Source: Limnothrix sp. BL-A-16 (GTDB taxonomy: Bacteria; Cyanobacteriota; Cyanobacteriia; CACIAM-69d). Taken from it: a stretch of DNA of 64,000 nt. The stretch lies in NCBI GenBank assembly GCA_041937175.2, contig CP166615.1:3872001-3936000 (forward strand), given 5' to 3'. A program made the position numbers and the translations under genes. This document shows positions 10,461-19,989 of this stretch, piece by piece (within the stretch, counting starts at the first letter, position 1; every line of letters begins with the position of its first letter). A model generated the notes under the pieces. It was not told the origin of the DNA. It saw only the letters and a list, made by a program, of their open reading frames with translations, and made no database searches.

Positions 10461-10898
10461 ATGCCACAACGTGATCAAATTCACGACATTATTCGGCGAG
10501 CACTTCTCAAAGATGGCTGGCAAATTACTGACGATCCGTTTGTCATTGCCTATGGTGAGCGTTTTCTATTCATCGACCTTGGTGCAACAGAAAAAGGGTT
10601 ATTGAGCGCGATCGTTGGGGCTAGTCGATCCAGTGAACGAATTGCAATTGAAATCAAAACCTTCCGTAGCGCTTCCTTGATCACTGAACTTCAGCAAGCC
10701 ATTGGTCAATATCAGCTTTATTTTTTATTGCTTCAAGAAGTTGATCCTGATCGAACTTTGTATTTGGCAATTTCAGAAGATGTGTATCACAACTTTTTCA
10801 GAGAACCAATTGGACAATTAGTGATCAAGAACTTGCCTTTGAATTTGATTATTGTCAATTTGGAAAAAGAGGAAATCATCCAATGGATCAAGTCTTAG
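10461..10898 (+). CDS. xisH: XisH-family protein
   Basis: ALLKDGWQITDDP, IAIEIKTF, AIGQYQLY, PDRTLYLAI. Confidence 0.9.
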   Translation: MPQRDQIHDIIRRALLKDGWQITDDPFVIAYGERFLFIDLGATEKGLLSAIVGASRSSERIAIEIKTFRSASLITELQQAIGQYQLYFLLLQEVDPDRTLYLAISEDVYHNFFREPIGQLVIKNLPLNLIIVNLEKEEIIQWIKS

Positions 10899-11242
10899 CA
10901 TTCAGTGAAATTATCAAGCAAGTCATTGAGCACTATGCTCAGTTCCAGCCTTCTCATGGCAAAATTCGACTAGAAACAATTTTTGATGATCGCCAGGGTC
11001 GTTATGCACTAATGCAAACAGGATGGGATCGCGATCGCCGCATTCGTGGAAATCTAATCTACGTTGTCCTAGAGCAAGAAATGATTAGGATTGAATATGA
11101 TGGGATGGAACAGGGGATTTTCTACGATTTAGTCACAAAGGGAATTTCACCTGAAAGGATTGTCCTGGCATATTTACCAGATTGCCCCACAGGCGCTAGT
11201 CTTGATCCTGCGCCAAAACATCTCGTACCAAGTCATTCCTAA
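10883..11242 (+). CDS. xisI: XisI-family protein
   Basis: GWDRDRRIRG, IRIEYDGMEQGI...GISPERIVLA; overlaps the end of xisH. Confidence 0.88.
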   Translation: MDQVLAFSEIIKQVIEHYAQFQPSHGKIRLETIFDDRQGRYALMQTGWDRDRRIRGNLIYVVLEQEMIRIEYDGMEQGIFYDLVTKGISPERIVLAYLPDCPTGASLDPAPKHLVPSHS

Positions 11243-11340
11243 TGGCAAATGAATATTGGATACCTTCAGTTAGCGAAGATCAGGTGTAGACTCAATTATC
11301 TAAAAACGTTTCAATTTCTCCGTATACATTTTCTCTCCTA

Positions 11341-11652
11341 ATGATTGATCCAACCAGCCAAATTCTTAAAAACTATCAAGTAGGAATGGCAGCTTATGAT
11401 CGCTGCCATTCACCGACCATTGCGAGTCAATGGCAAGCTGCTCAAGATGAATTTTTGGAGTTTTGTCATCATCCCAGCTTCGATGAATTTTGGGATATTT
11501 TGCACGCTACTGGTCGCTTGGTGAGGCGTTTAACAGGGATTCCGTTAAACCTGCTGGCCTGGCCCACGGTTTATAAACATGGTCAGCGCTTTGCCGAGAC
11601 AGGTTGCATCCGCAGTCGCCGAAACTGCCAGGGGCAATGCTGCGTACGATGA
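11341..11652 (+). CDS. Small hypothetical protein with a MazG-like ExxE...ExxD pattern and Cys-rich C-terminus
   Basis: QDEFLEF...DEFWDILH, KHGQRF, GCIRSRRNC; codirectional between xisI and the methyltransferase. Confidence 0.7.
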   Translation: MIDPTSQILKNYQVGMAAYDRCHSPTIASQWQAAQDEFLEFCHHPSFDEFWDILHATGRLVRRLTGIPLNLLAWPTVYKHGQRFAETGCIRSRRNCQGQCCVR

Positions 11653-11719
11653 TCTGCGATCGCAATGACTCTTCAAAGATAATTCTTCAAAACTGAATGC
11701 CTGATAGAGATTACTAGAT

Positions 11720-13081
11720 ATGGTTGCCACAGGAGTTCAAACTAATTTATTTGACTTGTTTGCAGTCAATCACCGGCAAGCCATTACAACAACCTTCAAA
11801 TTTGTTGATCTGTTTGCAGGAATTGGTGGATTTCGGATTCCGTTAGAACAATTAGGTGGTTGCTGTGTTGCCTATGCCGAAATTGATCGAGATGCGATCG
11901 CCACCTATGAACAAAACTTTCTGAGTGATAGTTCTGATCACGAACCCAACTTGGGTGATGTTTCTGCGGTTGATCAGCTACCCAACAATCTCGATTTGGT
12001 GGTGGGCGGTGTTCCCTGCCAGGCCTGGTCGATCGCGGGTAAAACCTTGGGATTTGATGATCCACGCGGTCGCCTATGGTTTGATGTGTGTCGGCTAGTT
12101 CGTCAGGCGCAACCCAAGGCATTTTTATTTGAAAACGTCAAAGGACTCACGGAACCCCGCCATCGAAATAGTCTAGATTTTATTGTTCACCAGCTCCATG
12201 ACAGCGGCTATTACGTTTATTGGACTGTTCTAAGTAGCTATGATTTTGGATTGCCGCAAGATCGCGATCGGCTCTTTTTAGTCGGTTTGCGTAATGATCT
12301 GGAGCGCGCGGGGCAATTTCAGTTCCCTGCCGCCAGCGATCGCCCCCGCAAACTCTATGAAGTCTTAGATGATTTACCTGCCTGTTTAGAACCCAAATTA
12401 AAATTTTCGCCGCGATCGCTCTTTGGTGAAAAGATTCCCGCCTCCCGTGGCCGGTTCCAAAAGATTGATGAACTCAATGATTTTTTCCTGTTCAGTGATG
12501 TGCGTGATGGCCACAGCACCATTCACTCTTGGGATCTGATTCCAACGAGCGATCGGGAAAAATTCATCTGCATGACCCTGCTGAGAAACCGCCGCAAAAA
12601 GAAATACAGGCCTAAAGATGGGAATCCTTTGACCTTAGAAGATTTTCAGGGCTTAATTCCAGATTTAGAACATGCTGAAATTACGGCTTTGGTACAAAAA
12701 GAAATTTTGCGAGAAGTCACAGCCGATCGCTTTGACTTTGAAAACTCCAAAATCTCGACCGGTATTCAGGGCGTATCACGAATTTTCTTGCCGACTGCTG
12801 AGGCGATCGGGACGCTAACGGCCAGCGGAACCCGTGATTTTGTGGCGATAGCGGCTCTCGGTGGCTGTGAACCCAATACCTATAAGCAGCAATTTTTGGA
12901 AGAAATTTATTACCCCGGTCGATTTCGATCTCTTACAGCCCAGGATTATGCCAAGCTGCAAGGGTTTCCGGAAACTTTTATGCTCCATCCCAATAGCAGC
13001 ATCGCTAAGAAACAATTTGGAAATGCTGTTTCCATTCCGGTGGTTGCAACGATCGCTCGATCAATTTTGCATTGTTTTTAA
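11720..13081 (+). CDS. DNA (cytosine-5)-methyltransferase, orphan
   Basis: Motifs DLFAGIGG, GVPCQ, ENV, QDRDR, LQGFP, KQFGNAV; long variable region. Confidence 0.95.
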   Translation: MVATGVQTNLFDLFAVNHRQAITTTFKFVDLFAGIGGFRIPLEQLGGCCVAYAEIDRDAIATYEQNFLSDSSDHEPNLGDVSAVDQLPNNLDLVVGGVPCQAWSIAGKTLGFDDPRGRLWFDVCRLVRQAQPKAFLFENVKGLTEPRHRNSLDFIVHQLHDSGYYVYWTVLSSYDFGLPQDRDRLFLVGLRNDLERAGQFQFPAASDRPRKLYEVLDDLPACLEPKLKFSPRSLFGEKIPASRGRFQKIDELNDFFLFSDVRDGHSTIHSWDLIPTSDREKFICMTLLRNRRKKKYRPKDGNPLTLEDFQGLIPDLEHAEITALVQKEILREVTADRFDFENSKISTGIQGVSRIFLPTAEAIGTLTASGTRDFVAIAALGGCEPNTYKQQFLEEIYYPGRFRSLTAQDYAKLQGFPETFMLHPNSSIAKKQFGNAVSIPVVATIARSILHCF

Positions 13082-13651
13082 TTTGGGATAGATTCTAGGG
13101 ACTGCTTAGCGGTATAAGGTATCATTTTTGACTTTTTGAGAGGGTTGAAAATAAAATAAAGATGTGACTCTTGGTAAAGAAACCCACGTGCTATGCTCGT
13201 TTTACGTCAAATTTAGAGAAAAAGCGATAGTTATCATGGCTTAGTCACAGATCACCGTCAGGGTATCTAAAAGCATTTCTAGCTTGATTAAGACGGTAAA
13301 CTGTGGCGGCTGGTGTGGATCTTGCATAACTTTCCAGTGAGGTGAATTGATCAAAGGCTCATCGTGGTGGTCTGGGATCGCCTGGGTTTTTGGTTGGGGT
13401 ACTTTAGCTGTTAGGAGATGCTGTTTGCGGCTGTGATCCCGATCGCTCCCCTAGGCTGAGAACAAATTGATAGAACCAGTGGGGGGATGGTCTGATGCAA
13501 GATCAGCAGACCTAAGCTAGTATTCGCGCCAAATGATGGGCTTTTGCTGTGTTTTGGGGGAGTTTTAAAGCTAATTGGGGGCAAATTTAGCTGCTTTGAC
13601 CTCCGTTAGTCTGATGCGCTCGATTTTTCTCGCTCAAAAACAAGTTCTGTC

Positions 13652-16600
13652 ATGTCCATTCCGTTTCCTATGCTGACGGTTTCTGAACTGAGGGCGGCTA
13701 TCATCCGCCAACCATTGGTGGTTGATGCGGCAGCAACGGTCTGGGATGTGGTTTCCCTGATGAGCGGGTTACCGTCGGCTCAGGCAGATCCACAAAAGGC
13801 GGCGATCGGGTCTCGCCCCAGTTGCGTGCTGGTGAGGGTGGACGATCGGGTGGTGGGCATTTTGACAGAGCGAGATTTGGTGCGCTTGAGTGCGCAACAG
13901 TGCCCGCTTGATCGCCCGGTGACCGCCGTGATGACGCGGGAACTGGTGACGCTGCGGGAGAGTGAGTTTACGGATTTGTTTTCCACCATTCATCTGCTGA
14001 CGAAACATCGAATTCGGCATTTGCCGGTGGTGGATGAGGCCGATCGCCTGTTGGGGCTAATTACCCAGGAAAGTTTGCGCCAGTTGGCCCGCCCGATCGA
14101 CCTGCTGCGGTTGCGCCAAGTCCAGGAAGTGATGAGCCGATCGATTGTGGTGGCCAGCTCTCACGCCTCCCTGTTGGAATTGGCGCAATTAATGAGTGAG
14201 AACCAGGTGAGCTGCGTGGTGTTGGTGGATCCAGCCCATGACGCGATTGGGGCGATCGATGATCCGGCAGCGAAATCAGAGAGCGATCTGGATGGCGATC
14301 TGGATGGCGATCTTGCTGCTGCCTCATCTCTACAGCCGATGGGCGGGCCACCCGTGGGCCTGGTGACCGAGCGGGATATGGTGCAATTTCAGGCCCTGGG
14401 GTTGCCCTTGGATCAAACCAGTGCCCATCTGGTGATGAGCAGTCCGGTGTTTAGCGTCAGTCCCCATACCAGCCTGTGGGAGGCACAACAGTTGATGGCC
14501 GATCGCTGGATTCGGCGATTGGTGATCACCAATGACCAGGGGCAATTGCTGGGCATTCTCAGCCAAACGCGCCTGCTCCAGGCCTTGAATCCGCTGGAAA
14601 TTTACAACTTGGCGACGGTGCTGGAAACCCAGGTGTCGCAGTTGGAGCAGGAACGATTGGCGCTGCTGGAAAGTCGAGCGCAGGAACTGGAGCGGGAGGT
14701 GGCCGAGCGCACAGCCCAATTGCAGCAACAGGCGGAACGGGAAGCGCTGTTGCGGGAGGTGGCCACGCAAATTCACAATGCCCTGGATTTGCACACCATT
14801 TTGGAAACGACGGTGCAGCAAGTACAACGGCTGCTGAACTGTGCGCGGGTGGTTGTCTATCAATTTGAGGGCGATTGCAGCGGCGTGACGATCGCGGAGG
14901 CTTTGGCGGATCCGAGCAATTTAGATCAATCCCTTTTGGGGCGACGGGTTCAGGATGCCTGTTTAGGGTCGGCTTTTTTGGATCCCTTTCAGCGGGGCCA
15001 AGTGCGGGTGCTGGAGGATGTCACCACTGCGCCGCTGTCGGACTGCCACCGAGATTTGCTGCTCAGTCTTCAAATGCGGGCCCAACTGATTTTGCCCTTG
15101 CTGGTGGGCGATCGCCTGTGGGGGTTGATGGTGGCCAGTGAGTGCGATCGCCCGCGACTTTGGCAGGCGACGGAAATTGACTTGCTCCAAGCCCTGGGGG
15201 TGCAGGTGGGAATTGCCCTCAAGCAGGCCACATCCCATGCTGCCTTGGCGGCGGAATTAGAAGAGCGTCGCCGGGCCGAGGCCGCCTTGCGAGAAGCGGA
15301 AGCCCACCAACGGGCCCTGGTCAGTGCGTTGCCGGATTTGTTAGTGCGGCTGAATGCTGAGGGGATTTTTCTGGAATTTGTCGCCAATCCTGAGTTCGAT
15401 CGGGTTGGCGATTTGAATAGTTGGGTGGGCAGGCACGTATCGGAATTGCTGCCCCCGGTGGCGACCCGGAAGCGGATGAAAGCCATTCAGCGAGCTTTGG
15501 CCACCAAAACCGTGCAGTTCTATGAACAAAATCTGTCCACCCATGAGGTGTTGCGGATTGAGGAAGTGCGGGTGGTTCCCTACCGCGATGACGAGGTGTT
15601 GGTTTTGGTGCGCAACATCAGCGATCGCAAACAGGTGGAATGGCAACTGCGGGATTTGAATCAGTCCTTGGAGCGACAGGTGGCCAAGCGCACCACCACC
15701 CTGCAAATTCGGGAAGCCCAGATTCGGGCGATGGTGGCGGCCATTCCCGATCGCCTGCTGCGGGTGACCCCTCGGGGCCAATGCCTGGACTACAGCACCC
15801 TCACCCAGGTGCAACATCCCTGGGGTCGTTTCAGCGCCGAGGTGGCCGGTGATCCTTCGGAGGCAGCGGAAACCCCAACCCTTTCCCAGTTGGCCGATTG
15901 GGTGGCGGCTGATCAGCTAGAGGCGGTTTTGGAGGCGGTGAACCGGGCGATCGAAACCGGCCAACTGCAAGTACTCGAGCAGCGGCGGATCCTGGGCGAT
16001 CGCGTTCTGGATGAGGAATTGCGGATTGTGGGCAGTGATGCGGATGCGGCCCTGGTGATGGTGCGGGATGTGACGGAGCGCAAGGCCGCCGAAGCCCAAC
16101 TTCAGGAACGGGAGGCTCGTTATCGTGGCCTGATGGCGGGGGCTAGTGACGCGATCGTGGTGACCAACCTCCAAGGGGAAATCCTGGAAGTGAATCGCAA
16201 GGCCGAGGAACTGTTTGGCTATGACCGCGCCCAACTGATCCAGATGCACCAATCCCAGTTGCACCCGATCGATTGCGAAGAGGAGATGGTGCAGGCCTTC
16301 CAAACGGTGATTACGGATGGTTCCTGTCAGCTCACCAATGGCCAAATTCAGCGGGCCGACGAGCAAGCGATTCCGGTGGAAATTACCGGCTCGATCGTGC
16401 AAGTGGGCCAAACCCAACTGGTGCAAGGCATCTTTCGGGATATTCGCGATCGCAAAAATGCCGAACGCCAATTGGCCGACCTGTCCCAACGGCTCACCCT
16501 TGCCCTGGAATCCGGCGCGATCGGCTGTTGGCAATGGAATATTCGAGCCAATACCCTAGTTTGGGATGAGCGGATGTATAGCCTGTATGGGGTTGTGCCC

Positions 16601-19600
16601 GTGGAACCCGGCCAAAATCAGCGCCTGCCCTACGACATTTGGGCCAGTTCCGTTCATCCGGACGATCGACCGGCCACCGAACAGTTGCTCTATGCCGCCA
16701 CACGCGGCGAAGCCCGTTACGACACCGAGTTTCGGGTCATGCTTGCCGATGGCACAGTCCGCCACATCAAGGCCTATGGCGAGCTGCTTTGTGATGCCCA
16801 AGGTCAACCCCAAAGCATGATCGGCGTGAACTATGACATCAGCGATCGCAAACAGGCCGAAGCGGCCCTGCGGCAAAGCGAAGAGAAATTCCGCCGCGTG
16901 TTTGATTCCAACGTGGTGGGCACCATTTTCACCAATTTTGAGGGGCTGATTGTTGATGCCAACGATTGCTTCTTGGAAATGCTGGGCTACGATCGCCTGG
17001 ACTTGCAAGCCGGGCGCTTAAATTGGGCCGAACTCACACCGCCCGAATATCGAGCGCAAGACATCACGGCCATTGAACACCTGCGGCAACATGAGGCGAT
17101 CGCCCCTTGGGAAAAGGCCTACGTGCATCGGAATGGCCATTGGGTGTGGGTGCTCATTGGCGTGGCCATGATTGCGCCCGAAACCGGTAGCTGTGTTTGC
17201 GTGGTGGTGGACATCAGCGATCGCAAACGCTCTGAAGAAGCCCTGCGCGAGAGTGAAGAAAAATTCCGCCAATTGGCCGAAGCCGTGGACTCGGTATTTT
17301 GGATTTTGGATCTCAACCGCACCAATCGAATCTACGTCAGCCCCGCCTACGAGCGGATTTGGGGCAGACCCAGCGAAGAACTCTACATCAGCCCCGACAG
17401 TTGGGCCGCCAGCATTCACCCCCTGGATCACGATCAGGTTTTAGCTGCCATTCCCAAACAGTTAGCGGGCGAATTTGACGAGGAATATCGGATCCTGCGG
17501 CCCGATGGCGAACAGCGTTGGATTCGCGATCGGGCGTTCCCCATTTGCAACGCCCAAGGAGAGGTCTACCGCATTGCTGGCATTGCCGAAGATATCACCC
17601 CCCTCAAGCAAGCAGAACTGGAGCGAGAACGGCTGCTTCAGGAATTGGCCGCCTTTAAGTTGGCGCTGGATGCCTCCGCGATCGTGGTGATTACCGATGC
17701 CCAAGGGATCATGACCTATGTTAACGATCGATTTCTCGCGGTTTCTGGCTACAGCCGCGAGGAATTGATTGGGAAAACCCATCGGTTGGTGAAGTCTGGC
17801 CACCATCCCGCCTCCTTCTTTAAGGACTTGTGGGACACCATTTTGGCGGGGCAAATTTGGCGCGGAGAAATTTGTAATCGCGCGAAAGATGGCCGGCTCT
17901 ATTGGGTGGACAGCACGATCGTGCCGTTCCTCGATCGCGCAGGACAACCGATTCGATTTTTGGCCGTTCGTTTTGACATCACCCCGCGCAAACGAGCAGA
18001 AATTGACCTCAAAAATAGCAACTTCCTGCTGTCCACCATCAGCCAAGCCCAAACGGAATTTATTACGGCCGCCAATCGATTAACCATCTTTGAAGGCCTT
18101 CTGAATGGCCTATTAGAACTGACCGAAAGTGAATATGGCTTTATCGGGGAAGTGCTATTTCGAGGCGACGGTAGCGCCGCGATCGAAGAAGGCTTTCTCA
18201 AAATTAAGGGCGTTCCCTTCCTGCAATCCCACAGCGTCACCAACATCGCTTGGGATGCAAATACGCAAAAGTTCTATGAAGATAACTATGAAACGGGAAT
18301 GCAATTTACCAACATGAACACGCTCTTTGGCGCTGTGATCATGACCGGTAAGCCCGTGATTGCCAACAGTCCCAGCACCGACCCCCGCAGTGGCGGCACA
18401 CCACCTGGCCACCCCCCCTTGCAGGCATTTCTAGGCATTCCATTCTATCAAGGTAATCAATTGGTGGGGATGATTGGGATTGCCAACCGGCCCGGCGGTT
18501 ATGAGTCGAGTATGGTGGGTTATCTAGAGCCATTTTTGGTCACCTGTAGCACCCTGATTGAGGGCTATCGGGTCGATCGCCAGCGCCGCCAAGCCGAGGA
18601 ACAGCTTCAATGCACCAATGATGAATTAATTCGAGCTACTCGCCTGAAAGATGAGTTTTTGGCCAACATGAGCCATGAACTCCGCACGCCCTTAAATGCC
18701 ATTTTGGGCATGACTGAAGGGTTGCAGGAACAGGTTTTTGGCCCGATTAATGATAATCAGCGCAAAGCCTTGGGGACGATCGAGCGCACCGGCTCCCATT
18801 TGCTCTCCCTGATCAATGACATTTTGGATGTGGCCAAAATTGAATCGGGGCAACTGGAATTGGATCAAGCACCCACGCCGATTGTGCCCCTTTGTCAATC
18901 TAGTTTGACCTTCATTAAGCAGCAGGCCCTGAAGAAGCAAATTCAAGTAGAAACCCAAATTCCGAGTCAGTTACCCCCCGCATTGTTAGATGAACGACGA
19001 ATGCGGCAGGTGCTGATTAATTTGCTGAATAATGCGGTGAAGTTCACGCCGGAAAATGGGCGTGTGACGCTGTTGGTTTCCCTGGAGCAGTTTGCTGCCC
19101 AGGAATCTCAATCGCCTCAATCTTGGCTGCGATTTTCCGTCATTGATACGGGAATTGGGATTGCATCGGATCAGTTAGATCGGCTGTTCCGGCCTTTTGT
19201 CCAAATTGATAGCTCGCTTAATCGTCAATACGAGGGAACGGGGCTGGGTTTGGCCCTGGTGAAGCGGATTGTGGAACTCCACGGCGGCCGGGTGGGGGTC
19301 ACCAGCAAGCTGGGGAATGGCAGTTGCTTCACGGTCGATTTGCCCTACCATCCCGGCCGGACGATCGCGGACGCTGGTGATGATCAGTCACCGGCCAATT
19401 TGGATTCATCGCTGGTGATTGAATCAACGGACGGGGGCCGATCGCCCTGCATTTTGTTGGCGGAAGATCAAGAGGCCAATGTTAATACGATCGTCAGCTA
19501 TTTAACTGCCAAAGGATATCGCATGATCTTGGCCAAAAATGGTGCAGAGGCGATCGCCCAAGTGCAGCAATCGCAGCCCGATTTGGTGTTGATGGATGTG

Positions 19601-19816
19601 CAAATGCCGGGGATGGACGGCCTGGAGGCGATGCAATTGCTGCGGCAAAGTTCGGAATATGCCAACTTGCCGATCGTGGCGCTCACGGCGCTGGCTATGG
19701 AGGGCGATCGCGATCGCTGTTTAGCGGCCGGAGCCAATGAATATTTAACGAAACCGGTGCGCCTGCGCCAGTTGGTGACCACGATTCAAAACCTGCTGCC
19801 CCAGTTTCCGAGCTAG
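13652..19816 (+). CDS. Hybrid sensor kinase: CBS pairs, cyanobacteriochrome-type GAF, multiple PAS, GAF, HisKA, HATPase, receiver
   Basis: VGILTERDLV and HLPVVD (CBS); QDACL...DCH (GAF); FLANMSHELRTPLN; GTGLGL; VLMDVQMPGMDG. Confidence 0.93.
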   Translation: MSIPFPMLTVSELRAAIIRQPLVVDAAATVWDVVSLMSGLPSAQADPQKAAIGSRPSCVLVRVDDRVVGILTERDLVRLSAQQCPLDRPVTAVMTRELVTLRESEFTDLFSTIHLLTKHRIRHLPVVDEADRLLGLITQESLRQLARPIDLLRLRQVQEVMSRSIVVASSHASLLELAQLMSENQVSCVVLVDPAHDAIGAIDDPAAKSESDLDGDLDGDLAAASSLQPMGGPPVGLVTERDMVQFQALGLPLDQTSAHLVMSSPVFSVSPHTSLWEAQQLMADRWIRRLVITNDQGQLLGILSQTRLLQALNPLEIYNLATVLETQVSQLEQERLALLESRAQELEREVAERTAQLQQQAEREALLREVATQIHNALDLHTILETTVQQVQRLLNCARVVVYQFEGDCSGVTIAEALADPSNLDQSLLGRRVQDACLGSAFLDPFQRGQVRVLEDVTTAPLSDCHRDLLLSLQMRAQLILPLLVGDRLWGLMVASECDRPRLWQATEIDLLQALGVQVGIALKQATSHAALAAELEERRRAEAALREAEAHQRALVSALPDLLVRLNAEGIFLEFVANPEFDRVGDLNSWVGRHVSELLPPVATRKRMKAIQRALATKTVQFYEQNLSTHEVLRIEEVRVVPYRDDEVLVLVRNISDRKQVEWQLRDLNQSLERQVAKRTTTLQIREAQIRAMVAAIPDRLLRVTPRGQCLDYSTLTQVQHPWGRFSAEVAGDPSEAAETPTLSQLADWVAADQLEAVLEAVNRAIETGQLQVLEQRRILGDRVLDEELRIVGSDADAALVMVRDVTERKAAEAQLQEREARYRGLMAGASDAIVVTNLQGEILEVNRKAEELFGYDRAQLIQMHQSQLHPIDCEEEMVQAFQTVITDGSCQLTNGQIQRADEQAIPVEITGSIVQVGQTQLVQGIFRDIRDRKNAERQLADLSQRLTLALESGAIGCWQWNIRANTLVWDERMYSLYGVVPVEPGQNQRLPYDIWASSVHPDDRPATEQLLYAATRGEARYDTEFRVMLADGTVRHIKAYGELLCDAQGQPQSMIGVNYDISDRKQAEAALRQSEEKFRRVFDSNVVGTIFTNFEGLIVDANDCFLEMLGYDRLDLQAGRLNWAELTPPEYRAQDITAIEHLRQHEAIAPWEKAYVHRNGHWVWVLIGVAMIAPETGSCVCVVVDISDRKRSEEALRESEEKFRQLAEAVDSVFWILDLNRTNRIYVSPAYERIWGRPSEELYISPDSWAASIHPLDHDQVLAAIPKQLAGEFDEEYRILRPDGEQRWIRDRAFPICNAQGEVYRIAGIAEDITPLKQAELERERLLQELAAFKLALDASAIVVITDAQGIMTYVNDRFLAVSGYSREELIGKTHRLVKSGHHPASFFKDLWDTILAGQIWRGEICNRAKDGRLYWVDSTIVPFLDRAGQPIRFLAVRFDITPRKRAEIDLKNSNFLLSTISQAQTEFITAANRLTIFEGLLNGLLELTESEYGFIGEVLFRGDGSAAIEEGFLKIKGVPFLQSHSVTNIAWDANTQKFYEDNYETGMQFTNMNTLFGAVIMTGKPVIANSPSTDPRSGGTPPGHPPLQAFLGIPFYQGNQLVGMIGIANRPGGYESSMVGYLEPFLVTCSTLIEGYRVDRQRRQAEEQLQCTNDELIRATRLKDEFLANMSHELRTPLNAILGMTEGLQEQVFGPINDNQRKALGTIERTGSHLLSLINDILDVAKIESGQLELDQAPTPIVPLCQSSLTFIKQQALKKQIQVETQIPSQLPPALLDERRMRQVLINLLNNAVKFTPENGRVTLLVSLEQFAAQESQSPQSWLRFSVIDTGIGIASDQLDRLFRPFVQIDSSLNRQYEGTGLGLALVKRIVELHGGRVGVTSKLGNGSCFTVDLPYHPGRTIADAGDDQSPANLDSSLVIESTDGGRSPCILLAEDQEANVNTIVSYLTAKGYRMILAKNGAEAIAQVQQSQPDLVLMDVQMPGMDGLEAMQLLRQSSEYANLPIVALTALAMEGDRDRCLAAGANEYLTKPVRLRQLVTTIQNLLPQFPS

Positions 19817-19869
19817 TCGCGTGACAGGCTTAAGGCCTTGGGTCAACGTTGCGGAGCCAGTCGTGGTAA

Positions 19870-19889
19870 CAAGGGGCTTAAGCCCCTTG
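19870..19889. repeat. REP-like palindrome, copy 3
   Basis: Perfect palindrome between convergent genes. Confidence 0.9.
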
Positions 19890-19989
19890 CTGCTTAACGA
19901 TTAGGTGACGGTAACAGTCATGTAATTTGACCCAGCGAATTAAGGTAGCCGTGCTACTAGGTTGCTTCGTCCCGACCAAGGCTCGCTCC

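Noticed and set aside
10461..11242. fdxN-type excision element implied by xisH/xisI
   Set aside because: No XisF-like recombinase and no interrupted target gene nearby.
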